Below, one piece after another: positions 10,325-19,975 of a DNA stretch of 64,000 nucleotides; the first letter of the stretch is position 1, and each line of letters begins with the position of its first letter. The translations under genes and the position numbers were made by a program. The notes under the pieces are model-generated. The model was not told the origin of the DNA. It saw nothing but the letters and a program-made list of their open reading frames with translations, and did not search any database. The stretch comes from an uncultured delta proteobacterium (GTDB lineage Bacteria; Desulfobacterota; Binatia; Binatales; Binataceae): assembly GCA_963765675.1 (NCBI GenBank), contig CAVXXK010000001.1, positions 1,184,001 to 1,248,000 of the forward strand, given 5' to 3'.

Positions 10325-10489
10325 CGAGGTTCCTTCCTTGCGTTTTGATCCGTTTTCGCGTTTGAGCGTAACACTGTAGGTGCAAGGGCGTGTGGTTTTT
10401 CGCGTTCTAAAGGCTATTTCTTTCGTGGGCAGCAGCCCGCAATACTGACGGCCGGTCTCAATAGACCGCCCGTTAGATTGCGTATTCAC

Positions 10490-12169
10490 CTATTGACCTT
10501 CATGCTGCTTCATCATTTCCTCGACCTGAGCTTTCACAGCTTGAAGGTTGAAAGTGGCCGGCGCCTGCATCGGAGGATAGTCGATAGCCGACATCGCGAG
10601 TTTCTGGACGTACTTTTGTACCATCACGAAGCGCCAGAACTCGCGTGCCATGAAGTCATTCATGTAACCTCCGCCCATTTCGTTTAGGCTCTCGCCGCGG
10701 AGATCCGGCGTACGCTCGAATGGATCTTGGCGGAGATTTACGATGGTGGGCATGTCGGTGGTGACCTTCTCCCCAGGCCATCCGTTTGGTTGCTGGACGA
10801 ACTGGTACTTGAAGTCATCGATGCGCACGGCTCCGAGGTGTGGTCCGCCGAAGTAAAAGATCTCGTGGCGCCTCGATTCACCTTTGCCATTAATCAAATC
10901 GATCTGGTTATAACCATCGAGGTGGTTCTTGTACTCGCGATCGCCGAGTGTCACTCCTTTCAGGAGTTGATCGGTGATATTGGCATTGCCAGCTGCCGCC
11001 GAGAGCGTGGGTAGCCAGTCGAGTCCGGAGAAGATACCGTTCTCAACTCGGCCAGGTTGAATGTGGCCCGGCCAGCGCACGATACATGGTACCCGGAAAC
11101 CCCCTTCAAAGGTGGTGCCTTTGGTGGCTTTGAACGGGGTCATGCCGCCGTCGGGCCAGGTGAAGACTTCGGCGCCGTTGTCCGTGGTGAAGATGACTAT
11201 GGTGTTGTCAGCCTCGCCAATGTCATCGATGTGCTTGAGGAGCGCGCCGACACTGTCATCCATCTGCGCCATGCCGGCCTCTTCGACGTTGTAATTATTC
11301 TTTGCGTTCATCATCGCCTGATACTTCGGCGGAAGGTAGGTAAAGACGTGCATGCGAGTAGTATTGTGCCAGATGAAGAATGGCTTCCCGTCGCTCTTGG
11401 CCTTGTCCATGAAGCGATCGGTGTTCTGGACCAATACGTCATCGAATGTCTCCATGTCGTATTTTGCCTGACGACCCTCCTGCCAGTTTTGCAGGTCTTT
11501 CATATTGGGAAATGGCGCAAGCGGACCCTCATCCTTAATCTTCTGTTTTCCGACCTTGCCCCAGCGCGGCATCACACTAGTGTCGTCGGTGTCCGAGGCC
11601 CAGCAGTGCGTGAGATTGCGCGGCCCGGTCTTGTCTATCCAGTCCTGGGGGTAGTCGAACCAGTACGGATCTGACATCGCGTCGAGGTGGTACAAATAGC
11701 CGAAGAATTCGTCAAAGCCGTGCACGCACGGAAGGTATTTGTTCAGATCTCCAAGATGGTTCTTGCCGAACTGGGCAGTTTCGTAGCCCTGTGCCTTCAG
11801 GATGGTGGCCAGAGTGACGGCCTGAGCCGGCAGCCCCACGTCAGCGCCGGCCTGCCCAACGGTTGTCAAACCGGTACGTAGGGGTAACTCACCGGTGATG
11901 AAATTGGCCCGTCCTGCGGTACAGCTCGCCTCGGCATAGTAATCGGTAAAAATCATGCCTTGGGATGCTAGTTTGTCGAGATTCGGCGTCTTGCCAGACA
12001 TGATTCCACGGTGGTAAGCGCCGATGTTAAACCATCCGACGTCGTCGCCCATGATGACGATAATGTTGGGCTTTTTGTCCTGAGCCCACGCCAAGTGCGC
12101 GATGGGCAGGATCATGACTACGCCGAGCAGCATCGCAATAGCGAAATATCTGGGTTTCGAACCAAACAT
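10490..12169 (-). CDS. Secreted arylsulfatase-family protein (Cys-type, CxAxR motif)
   Basis: Signal peptide, KPNIIVIMGDDVG, SCTAGRANFITG, GKNHLGD, TTDNG, EGGFRVP. Confidence 0.93.
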   Translation of the reverse strand: MFGSKPRYFAIAMLLGVVMILPIAHLAWAQDKKPNIIVIMGDDVGWFNIGAYHRGIMSGKTPNLDKLASQGMIFTDYYAEASCTAGRANFITGELPLRTGLTTVGQAGADVGLPAQAVTLATILKAQGYETAQFGKNHLGDLNKYLPCVHGFDEFFGYLYHLDAMSDPYWFDYPQDWIDKTGPRNLTHCWASDTDDTSVMPRWGKVGKQKIKDEGPLAPFPNMKDLQNWQEGRQAKYDMETFDDVLVQNTDRFMDKAKSDGKPFFIWHNTTRMHVFTYLPPKYQAMMNAKNNYNVEEAGMAQMDDSVGALLKHIDDIGEADNTIVIFTTDNGAEVFTWPDGGMTPFKATKGTTFEGGFRVPCIVRWPGHIQPGRVENGIFSGLDWLPTLSAAAGNANITDQLLKGVTLGDREYKNHLDGYNQIDLINGKGESRRHEIFYFGGPHLGAVRIDDFKYQFVQQPNGWPGEKVTTDMPTIVNLRQDPFERTPDLRGESLNEMGGGYMNDFMAREFWRFVMVQKYVQKLAMSAIDYPPMQAPATFNLQAVKAQVEEMMKQHEGQ

Positions 12170-12191
12170 TGGAATCCTCCTGACGCTCTTT

Positions 12192-12926
12192 TCAGTGGGA
12201 GGTCGATGTCTGAACGCCGAACGATACCAGACGTTGATCCGTCAGCTCGGCCCAGTAGTCGATGGCGTGCTCAGCATCGCCCCACTGGAACACCGTTACG
12301 TTGGTGACGGACGTTCCCCCGACCCGCTTGTCAACCGCGGCCGCTAGCAACTGTCCCGATGTGGAATCGTTCAGCTTAAGCGCTCCTTGCGCTGAACCTA
12401 CGAACGCGTATGTGCCCGTGGCCGCCATCTTTATCAAGCTGAGCGCGCGAGCCTGAGGGACTATGACTGAAACGCTACGCAAAACGGGTACAGCTGAGGT
12501 GGCGTCGGTCAAAGCGACGGAGAGCTTCAACACGCCCGGCCCAGGCTGATCGACGATGACGAAGTTCTTTCCAAGATCTTTCACCAAGACGTTGTATGTG
12601 TAGTCGCATAACGCCTGCTGGTCTGCTGCGGAAACTTTGGAATCGTCATTCGCCCAGAAGGTGACGGGAGCAATCATGATTTTGTTGTAGCTGTTCCAGT
12701 TAGCGCTCGGATTGACGTAACGGAGCATCGCCTTCTGGTCCGAGCCTTCTGCGGGAGGTGTCAGCAGTGAGTAGTCATTGCCCAGAAATCCAGTCGGCGG
12801 TGGTGCGGCCGGGGTTTCACCTGACGCGCGCTGGATAAGGTTTGGTTCCGGAGCGGCTGTTTGCGAACAGCCGGCTAGTAACAATCCAGCAACCAGAACA
12901 GATAACAATCCTATAGTGCTCTTCAT
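12192..12926 (-). CDS. DUF3313-like lipoprotein
   Basis: Lipobox LLAGC, TGFLGNDYSLL, YNKIMIAPV, DSTSGQLLAAAVDKRVG. Start taken at ATG 12926. Confidence 0.75.
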   Translation of the reverse strand: MKSTIGLLSVLVAGLLLAGCSQTAAPEPNLIQRASGETPAAPPPTGFLGNDYSLLTPPAEGSDQKAMLRYVNPSANWNSYNKIMIAPVTFWANDDSKVSAADQQALCDYTYNVLVKDLGKNFVIVDQPGPGVLKLSVALTDATSAVPVLRSVSVIVPQARALSLIKMAATGTYAFVGSAQGALKLNDSTSGQLLAAAVDKRVGGTSVTNVTVFQWGDAEHAIDYWAELTDQRLVSFGVQTSTSH

Positions 12927-13001
12927 GTGTCTTCTTTCCCGAATCATCGTTTTCCTCCGACTCTTTGTCTCTGTCGTTACAAGTAATAAACGCAACTGCG
13001 A

Positions 13002-14363
13002 CTATTCGCCCTCGCGCAATGCCCACCCATTGGCCGCTAGTTGCTGGCGGGCGAGAGGTGTCATCTTACCGGTTATCCAAAGCACGCGGTGCCGCAACTT
13101 TATCAACTGAGGATCAGTCGCAAAGCCCGCGATACGCTCGGTCCACGATAGGTAGTCTACCGGCGCGGGCAGTATCACAGCGTGATTCTGATCGTGTGCA
13201 ACCAACACGCCCGGAGCCTGAATTTTGGTAATCGGACTCTTTTTTCGGCCCCATTGATCGAGCATATGCAGCGAAGTAACCAGAAACCGCGCCTGGTACT
13301 CGGTCATCACGTTGGCCAAAGCAACCGCGGCCGCGCGACGTCCCGGAATGTCGCCGAGGCCTTCGAGGTCTTTGAGCGCGGAAACCTGCAGGCTTAACGG
13401 AATGGCGTTATTGCTGCCGAAGGCGGCGATCTCTTCAGGTGACAATCCTAGTTTCTTCAACTTCTTTTGAACCAGCAGAATAAGGTCGGCTTTCGGAGTC
13501 TGATAGACGAGATCGTCGGTGACCTCTAGGCTTGTAATGATCATCGACCCAGGGACTGCCAGCATTGCTGTATCTACGGTCATGCGAGCCGAGAACATTA
13601 CCCAGGCGACCTTGTTCAGTTTCTTCGTGAGTATCGGATCGGAAGAGTAGGGATCGACCCGAAGCTTTCTCGCGAGATCGCGACGGACTTGATCGTAGCC
13701 CAATGCGGTCAACGTGGCGTTGGCGGTCTCGCCGGCAGCTTTTCCAGTTCCGGGAGAACTAGTCGCCGACGTATATATTTGACCGGCACCTAGATTGACG
13801 CGGCCAAAGAGTTCTCCGACTCCGCTGGGCAATCCGGAAATCGTATCCATCGGATGGACAACCATGTTTGCAGTATCTGTGATCGGGCGTTCCGCGCTGG
13901 AGGCGAGTGCTTTGGCGAAAACGCCGGTCTCACTTATGTTCTCCAACTGCGCGATTGCCGGAATCTCTGAGAGGCGTATCTTCAATAGATCCAGGCTTTC
14001 GACGTAGTAGGTGCCCGCGTCGCCACGAAACACGCTAGCATCAGCGACGACGGTATATTGACCCATTGCGCCGTTTGTCGGCACCTGTGGCTGCACGGAA
14101 AATCCCGGTCCCGAAAGCGCGCTCGCGGGCAGAAGGTCGGATGCGTTGATGATCGGTGGCTCCTCGTACTGTCCGCCCGGCGCAGCGGCTTCGGGTGGCT
14201 GGATGCTCGCCATAGGCGAAGGCGGTGGTTGTTCAGCAGCGGTTTGCGCGACTTGGGTCGATTCGGGCGCGGCCGTTTGAGAACAACCCGCCAACAAAAA
14301 TCCGGCGAGGAAGGCGGAGGCCAGACTCGTTGCATGCTTTATCCGGTTGGAGTTGGGCTTCAT
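13002..14363 (-). CDS. Hypothetical lipoprotein
   Basis: 453-aa ORF with SD GAGGAG, lipobox LLAGC and a Pro/Ala-rich linker. Confidence 0.75.
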   Translation of the reverse strand: MKPNSNRIKHATSLASAFLAGFLLAGCSQTAAPESTQVAQTAAEQPPPSPMASIQPPEAAAPGGQYEEPPIINASDLLPASALSGPGFSVQPQVPTNGAMGQYTVVADASVFRGDAGTYYVESLDLLKIRLSEIPAIAQLENISETGVFAKALASSAERPITDTANMVVHPMDTISGLPSGVGELFGRVNLGAGQIYTSATSSPGTGKAAGETANATLTALGYDQVRRDLARKLRVDPYSSDPILTKKLNKVAWVMFSARMTVDTAMLAVPGSMIITSLEVTDDLVYQTPKADLILLVQKKLKKLGLSPEEIAAFGSNNAIPLSLQVSALKDLEGLGDIPGRRAAAVALANVMTEYQARFLVTSLHMLDQWGRKKSPITKIQAPGVLVAHDQNHAVILPAPVDYLSWTERIAGFATDPQLIKLRHRVLWITGKMTPLARQQLAANGWALREGE

Positions 14364-14438
14364 CTTCTCCTCAGAGTATTCCTCAGAACTGGGTCCTTCC
14401 GTTCACCACAAGAGTCGTAGGTTTTCCGAGGAAGCGAT

Positions 14439-14456
14439 ATTGTACTTTGGTACAAT
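14439..14456. promoter_or_regulatory. Palindromic operator ATTGTAC-TTTG-GTACAAT
   Basis: Perfect 7-bp arms in the divergent intergenic region. Recurs at 19867 and 24334. Confidence 0.75.
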
Positions 14457-14539
14457 GGCGTATATGTCCGCCGCGGATGCAGAATGCTTGCAAATGGTGA
14501 CGGATCTGATCCGCACCATTTTCTCGCAGCCGGTATCAT

Positions 14540-14926
14540 TTGTTGGAAAAGAAATCGACGGCCACAATCATTGTTGTAGATGACGACACGTCGTGCCTGC
14601 GCGCGCTGCGACGACAATTGCAGATTCTGGGATTCAGCGTACGGGACTATCAGAGCGCGAAAGCGTTTCTGGCAAGCCAGGTTCCAACCGGCGACGTATG
14701 TCTGCTGTTGGACGTCTACATGCCGGGAATGACCGGGATAGAACTATGCCAGAGTCTGGCAGCCTCAGGACGCTGCCTGCCGACGATCCTGATAAGCGGC
14801 CGCGACGATGAACCAACCAAGAAAATGATTCGCGACGCAAAGCCGATTGCGAGCTTGCTCAAACCGTTCGATGAGAAGGACTTGCTGCGAGCACTCCGAA
14901 AGGCATTGCGACATCAGCGGAATTAA
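14540..14926 (+). CDS. Stand-alone response regulator receiver domain (FixJ-like REC)
   Basis: IIVVDDD, CLLLDVYMPGMTG (phospho-Asp), ISGR, LKPF. No output domain. Confidence 0.9.
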   Translation: MLEKKSTATIIVVDDDTSCLRALRRQLQILGFSVRDYQSAKAFLASQVPTGDVCLLLDVYMPGMTGIELCQSLAASGRCLPTILISGRDDEPTKKMIRDAKPIASLLKPFDEKDLLRALRKALRHQRN

Positions 14927-15129
14927 CTAAACACTATCAATCGCGCTATACCATCGAATAGTTCTTTCGCGAATCTGCCCAAATCTCCAATTCACTATCC
15001 CGTAACTTTCTGACTTTGATACGACTGCGCCATTATTATATCGTCCGTAACGCGGACCACGTTCCGTGTCCTCTGTGCTCCGCCCTCTGATCCCTTTAAT
15101 TCGAATCTTCGGCGCACGGGTTTTATCTC

Positions 15130-16482
15130 ATGCAACGACTCCAACGACGAGCGACCAGCGCCACCAGCGAGCCAAAGTGTGATCGGGGTGTCAGCCGCGT
15201 CGGCCGGGCGCGCCACGAGACTAAACGCTTCGAATTGTTGGTAGATGAGTTATCTGCAGCGATGGCGTTGGCGCCCGCCGACGCAGTGGACCGCGAAGTC
15301 GACTCTTGGTTGGGCAAGATCTGCGAAGCGCTAGATCTCGACCGAAGCGCCATTTATGAGCGCGACGCGCAGGATCAGCCTGTACGCACGACGCATACCT
15401 GGCTTCGACCGGGGTTCCCGCCGTTTCCGCCGGACTATGATCCGGAGAAGTTCTTCCCGATGGGCACCAAATTGGTCATGACAGGTATACCGTCTACGTT
15501 CGCGAGTCCGAGCGATATTCCAAGCGAAGACGAGGAGACCAGGCGTTTCGTAGAGCGATACGGACCCAAGGCGTCCGCGGCGCTCCCGATGTGGTCCGGA
15601 GGCAAGATCATTGGAGCAGCAACTTTTGGCAAGTTCCGCTCGCCGCGAAAATGGACACCTGAACTTATCGCTCAATTGACTTTTGCGCTGCGAATCTTGG
15701 GCGGCGCGATCGAACGCAAGCAATCTGAGATGGAGCTCCGGGCGGTTCGCGCTGAACTCAAGGTCGCTTCGCGCCGCAACCTGATGAGCGAGCTCGTCGC
15801 CTCACTGTCGCACGAAATCAACCAGCCGCTCGGCGCGATTTTGAGCAACCTTGGAGGTCTCGCGCGTTTGCTTGCCCAAGGAAATCCGCAACCACAATTG
15901 GCCTTGGAATCCATCAACAATGCGATTGAAGATACGCAGCGGACGGCTGAGATCGTTCGGCGGATTCGCTTCATGTTCAAGAAACACGTGGAGCACAAAA
16001 CCGTAATTGGCATCGGCGCTTTGATCGACGACGTGATGAAGCTGATCGCGGGCGAGGCCGCTGTTCGGAAGATCTCAGTGCAAATCGAAGTTTCACCACC
16101 CGAACAACGAGTCATCGCCGATAGTATCCAGCTTCACCAGTGCATACTTAATCTCCTGATGAACGCATTTGACGCGATCGGAGACGCCAACTCAGAGCGA
16201 CGCGGCGTAACGATCAAAGTGGCGCCGGTGAAGGCCGGATGGGTCGGCGTCAGCGTAAGCGATAGCGGCAAGGGGATTGATCCAGCTGTCGCGAAGCGGA
16301 TGTTCGAGCCTTTCGTCACGACCAAAAGCGAAGGATTGGGACTGGGGTTGCTCGTCACCAAATCAATAGTAGAGAGTCACGGCGGAAAAATCTGGTCAAC
16401 CTCCAGTGATCGCGGCACTACATTCACGTTCACACTTCCGGACGCCAAAACGAAACGTGCGCACACATCGAGAGGCGCGTAG
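15130..16482 (+). CDS. Cytoplasmic GAF-domain sensor histidine kinase (FixL/NodV-type HisKA-HATPase)
   Basis: H-box SLSHEINQPL, N-box LNLLMNAFDA, DSGKG, FVTTKSEGLGLGL. No TM segment. Start uncertain. Confidence 0.9.
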   Translation: MQRLQRRATSATSEPKCDRGVSRVGRARHETKRFELLVDELSAAMALAPADAVDREVDSWLGKICEALDLDRSAIYERDAQDQPVRTTHTWLRPGFPPFPPDYDPEKFFPMGTKLVMTGIPSTFASPSDIPSEDEETRRFVERYGPKASAALPMWSGGKIIGAATFGKFRSPRKWTPELIAQLTFALRILGGAIERKQSEMELRAVRAELKVASRRNLMSELVASLSHEINQPLGAILSNLGGLARLLAQGNPQPQLALESINNAIEDTQRTAEIVRRIRFMFKKHVEHKTVIGIGALIDDVMKLIAGEAAVRKISVQIEVSPPEQRVIADSIQLHQCILNLLMNAFDAIGDANSERRGVTIKVAPVKAGWVGVSVSDSGKGIDPAVAKRMFEPFVTTKSEGLGLGLLVTKSIVESHGGKIWSTSSDRGTTFTFTLPDAKTKRAHTSRGA

Positions 16483-16541
16483 CTTTCAATCAAATTGCAA
16501 TTGCGCATCTGCCGAACGCGGGCGGCGGCGCGCCAGTTTTC

Positions 16542-17237
16542 TCATTTCATACCGGGTTTTTCGGAAGAGTGAATCTCGAGGATTCCAGCCATGCGCACCA
16601 GGTCCGCTAGAGAGCCGGCGCCCATCTTGAACATCACGCTCGCACGGTGCGCCTTCACGGTCCGCTCGGTCGTTCCCAGTTCTGCTGCGACTTGCTTATT
16701 GAGCAACCCCGTTGTTATCAATCCGAAGACCTCGCGTTCGCGGGATGTCAGAGAATGACGGTGCTCGTCGAGTTCGACCCGCTGGCACTGTTCAGCACGC
16801 CTTTTACGAGAGAGATCGACGCCTCGAGTTATCGAGTTCAATAAAACCTGGTCTTCAACCGGCTTTTCGAGGAAATCCACAGCGCCATTTCTCATCGCGT
16901 GCATTCCAAGCGACAGATCGCCATGGCCAGTGATGAAAATGATCGATGCGTAGGGAACGATGCGGCTGAATTCTTCCTGAAGCTGAAGTCCGTTCATCCT
17001 CGGCAGGAAAATGTCAGTTACGATACAATCAAATTTATCCGCATCAGCAGCTGCGAGAAATTCTTCTGCGGCTGCATAAGGGACAACTTCAATGCCAGCG
17101 GTGCTGAGCTGAAAGACAAGTGCCTGGCGTACCCGCTGGTCATCTTCAATTATCGCAACTCTGGCCCGCTTGGTCGTACCGACAACTCCGCTGTCCCGAG
17201 CGTCTTTGGCGCTGCCACTTTGTCGAGTGCTCGTCAC
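16542..17237 (-). CDS. FixJ/NodW-type response regulator (REC + LuxR HTH)
   Basis: AIIEDD, TDIFLPRMNGL, FITGHGD, FLEKP, LTSREREVF, LLNKQVAAELGTTERTVKAHR. GTG 17237 follows GGGAGAG. Confidence 0.92.
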   Translation of the reverse strand: MTSTRQSGSAKDARDSGVVGTTKRARVAIIEDDQRVRQALVFQLSTAGIEVVPYAAAEEFLAAADADKFDCIVTDIFLPRMNGLQLQEEFSRIVPYASIIFITGHGDLSLGMHAMRNGAVDFLEKPVEDQVLLNSITRGVDLSRKRRAEQCQRVELDEHRHSLTSREREVFGLITTGLLNKQVAAELGTTERTVKAHRASVMFKMGAGSLADLVRMAGILEIHSSEKPGMK

Positions 17238-17380
17238 CGTCGTCTCTCCCAAGCCAAGGTTTCTTGCGAAACGCCGAGAGATGGTAGAACTCTGACGAAG
17301 TTGAGGCAAATCGACTCTAGCCTCATATGGACGAATTTGGTCCTTCGCGGAACAAATAGTCTCCGCACCCCAGCCACAGG

Positions 17381-19822
17381 TTGACGTTGAGCAAGAAGAA
17401 GACCCGCAACAAGCAGCCGAACACCGCTGCAATCGGACGGCCCGCGCAAGCGCAACGGCCGGCGGCGTCAACAAAACCGGATCGCGCGCTCCGGTACCGC
17501 GCGTGGCGTTTGCCGCTGATCATCGCGTGCGTCGTTGCTGTCGGCATCCTCGCGCGTGGGAGGCGTGGGCCTGTGCCTCCAGTACTTTCGTCGCCGACGT
17601 CCCCCGTGCTCGAAGCGAAATTCGTTGGAGCCGCGCAATGTGCCGCTTGTCACGAGCAGGAAAATCACCTGTGGCGCGGATCTCATCATCAAATGGCGAT
17701 GCTGCCGGCCACAAACTCTACGGTCTTGGGCAAATTCAATCGCGCGAGTTTCAACAACAATGGTGTCACGTCAACTTTCTATCGCAAAGGCGAGAAATTC
17801 ATGGTCAACACGGATGGTCCGGACGGGATGCTTCGTGACTATGAAATTAAGTACACGTTCGGTGTCTATCCGCTGCAGCAATTTCTGATTCCCGTGCCCG
17901 GCGGACGGCTGCAAGCATTGGGGATTGCCTGGGACACCCGCCCGAAAAACCAAGGTGGTCAACGCTGGTTCTTTCTGTACCCGGGCCAAAAGATCACTTA
18001 TCAGGGCCCAAGGCATTGGACCGGCATCGATCAGAACTGGAATTTTATGTGTGCAGATTGTCATTCGACCAATCTGCGCAAGAACTACGATGCTGGCACT
18101 CGCACTTTTTCCACTTCCTACTCGGAGATCGATGTCGCATGCGAGGGTTGCCACGGCCCCGGCTCCAATCACGTGGCGTGGGCCAAGAAGCAGGGCGATT
18201 GGAAGACCTTTGCCAACGAAGGCTTGACGATCGCGCTCGACGAACGCAGTGGCGTCGCATGGCCGATCGATCCGGCCACCGGCAACGCACGCCGAAGCTC
18301 GCCGCGTCACTCGGAGCGGGAAATTCAAATGTGCGCGCAGTGCCACGCGCGTCGAAGTCAGATCCACGAAGATTATGTGCACGGTCAGCCAGTCGGCGAC
18401 GATTACAGGGTGGCGCTGCTCGATGAGGACCACTATTTTCCGGATGGGCAAATCAAGGAGGAGGACTACGAATATGGGTCTTTCATCCAAAGCCGGATGT
18501 TCCATGCTGGCGTCACATGTAGCGATTGCCACGAGCCGCATAGCCTCAAGCTTCGGGCCGCCGGCAACGGTGTTTGTCAGCAATGCCATTCCGCGCAGAA
18601 GTACGATTCGCCGAAACATCATTTCCACCAAGCCGGATCGGCGGGCGCGCAGTGCGTCGAATGTCACATGCCAACACGTACATACATGGTCGTCGATCCG
18701 CGTCGAGATCACAGCATCCGCATTCCGCGCCCCGACCTGTCGGTGAAGCTCGGAACTCCAAATGCGTGCACCAATTGCCACACCGATCGTTCCGCTGAGT
18801 GGGCGCTGGAATCAGTCAACAAATGGTACGGTCACGCCCCCAAAGGCTTTCAACGGTTTGCCGAGATACTAAATGCCGGATCAGTTGGTGCACCCGGCGC
18901 ACAGCAATCACTCGAAGGATTGGTCTTGGACCGCGAACAACCGGCAATCGCTCGCGCCACCGCGCTTTCGATGCTCTCGCAATTCGCTCCACCTCTGTCC
19001 GACAGAGCAGTTCATGCGGGAGTGGCCGATGATTCCGCGCTGGTGAGGCGCGCCGCTGCCCACGCTCTGTCGAATACAGATCCAAGTGGCAGCGCGAATA
19101 CTTTGGCGCCCCTTTTGAGCGATCCGGTTCGAGCGGTGAGGATCGAAACGGCGGAAGTACTCGCAGGCTTGCCTGCCGATAACTTACCCGCAGATGTTTC
19201 GGCTGCTTTTAGTCGCGCAACTGATGAGTACGTCGCCGCGCAGGAATTGAACGTGGATCGGCCCGAGGCGCATCTGAATTTGGGATTGTTGTATGCGCGG
19301 CAGAATCACCTCGATAAAGCGGACGCGGAGCTCAGAACCGCAATAGCGCTCGACTCGAGTTTCGCGGCTGCGGCGGTCAATCTCGCCGATCTTTATCGGG
19401 AACAGAACCGGGATGAAGAAGGCGAGCGCGTTCTGAACGACGCTATCAGCCGTTCGCCGAATGATGCTTCGCTCGAACATGCGCTCGGCCTGCTGATGGT
19501 GCGTCAGAAGCATAACGCGCAGGGGCTGGACTTGCTGGCGGCAGCCGCGCGCAACGATCCCGGCAACCCCCGCTATGCTTACGTGTATGCGGTTGCGTTA
19601 AACGACGCTGGCCAGACACGGGCCGCAATTGCAGCGCTCACGAGTTCTATCAAGGTGCATCCTTACGACCGCGATTCACTGGCCGCGCTGGCTGACTTTT
19701 TGGAACACGCAGGCGACCCCGCTAAAGCGCTGACCTATGCGCGACGCCTCGGTGAACTCGAGCCGGAAAATCCAGAAGTCGGCCACATGCTGAAAGAGCT
19801 AAGCGAGCGTCAGCACCACTGA
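17381..19822 (+). CDS. Membrane-anchored octaheme c-type cytochrome with HEAT and TPR repeats
   Basis: Eight CxxCH motifs (CAACH, CADCH, CEGCH, CAQCH, CSDCH, CQQCH, CVECH, CTNCH), N-terminal hydrophobic anchor, LSDPVRAVRIE HEAT-like and AHLNLGLLY TPR-like repeats. Confidence 0.9.
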   Translation: MTLSKKKTRNKQPNTAAIGRPAQAQRPAASTKPDRALRYRAWRLPLIIACVVAVGILARGRRGPVPPVLSSPTSPVLEAKFVGAAQCAACHEQENHLWRGSHHQMAMLPATNSTVLGKFNRASFNNNGVTSTFYRKGEKFMVNTDGPDGMLRDYEIKYTFGVYPLQQFLIPVPGGRLQALGIAWDTRPKNQGGQRWFFLYPGQKITYQGPRHWTGIDQNWNFMCADCHSTNLRKNYDAGTRTFSTSYSEIDVACEGCHGPGSNHVAWAKKQGDWKTFANEGLTIALDERSGVAWPIDPATGNARRSSPRHSEREIQMCAQCHARRSQIHEDYVHGQPVGDDYRVALLDEDHYFPDGQIKEEDYEYGSFIQSRMFHAGVTCSDCHEPHSLKLRAAGNGVCQQCHSAQKYDSPKHHFHQAGSAGAQCVECHMPTRTYMVVDPRRDHSIRIPRPDLSVKLGTPNACTNCHTDRSAEWALESVNKWYGHAPKGFQRFAEILNAGSVGAPGAQQSLEGLVLDREQPAIARATALSMLSQFAPPLSDRAVHAGVADDSALVRRAAAHALSNTDPSGSANTLAPLLSDPVRAVRIETAEVLAGLPADNLPADVSAAFSRATDEYVAAQELNVDRPEAHLNLGLLYARQNHLDKADAELRTAIALDSSFAAAAVNLADLYREQNRDEEGERVLNDAISRSPNDASLEHALGLLMVRQKHNAQGLDLLAAAARNDPGNPRYAYVYAVALNDAGQTRAAIAALTSSIKVHPYDRDSLAALADFLEHAGDPAKALTYARRLGELEPENPEVGHMLKELSERQHH

Positions 19823-19866
19823 TTTCGCGATCCAATCGAGCTTTCCGCCAATTTCCCTGGAAAGAC

Positions 19867-19884
19867 ATTGTACCTTGGTACAAT
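19867..19884. promoter_or_regulatory. Palindromic operator ATTGTAC-CTTG-GTACAAT upstream of the pqi operon
   Basis: Perfect 7-bp arms. Followed after 19 bp by GATGCAGAATG, as at the 14439 copy. Confidence 0.75.
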
Positions 19885-19975
19885 AGTCGTCTTCCCACGC
19901 AGTGATGCAGAATGTATCGTCCGTCAATGAAGTGAGTGCTTTGCGGATTTCGAGCGGCGAGGCGGCGATTGCTCA

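Noticed and set aside
10376-10385. Operator half-site-like TTGCACCTA (minus strand); similar ATTGCACCAA at ~28330
   Set aside because: Only one arm is present, which is too short to support.
16485-16500. TTCAATCAAATTGCAA, an 11/16 match to the operator
   Set aside because: It lies between convergent gene ends and is degenerate in the core arms.
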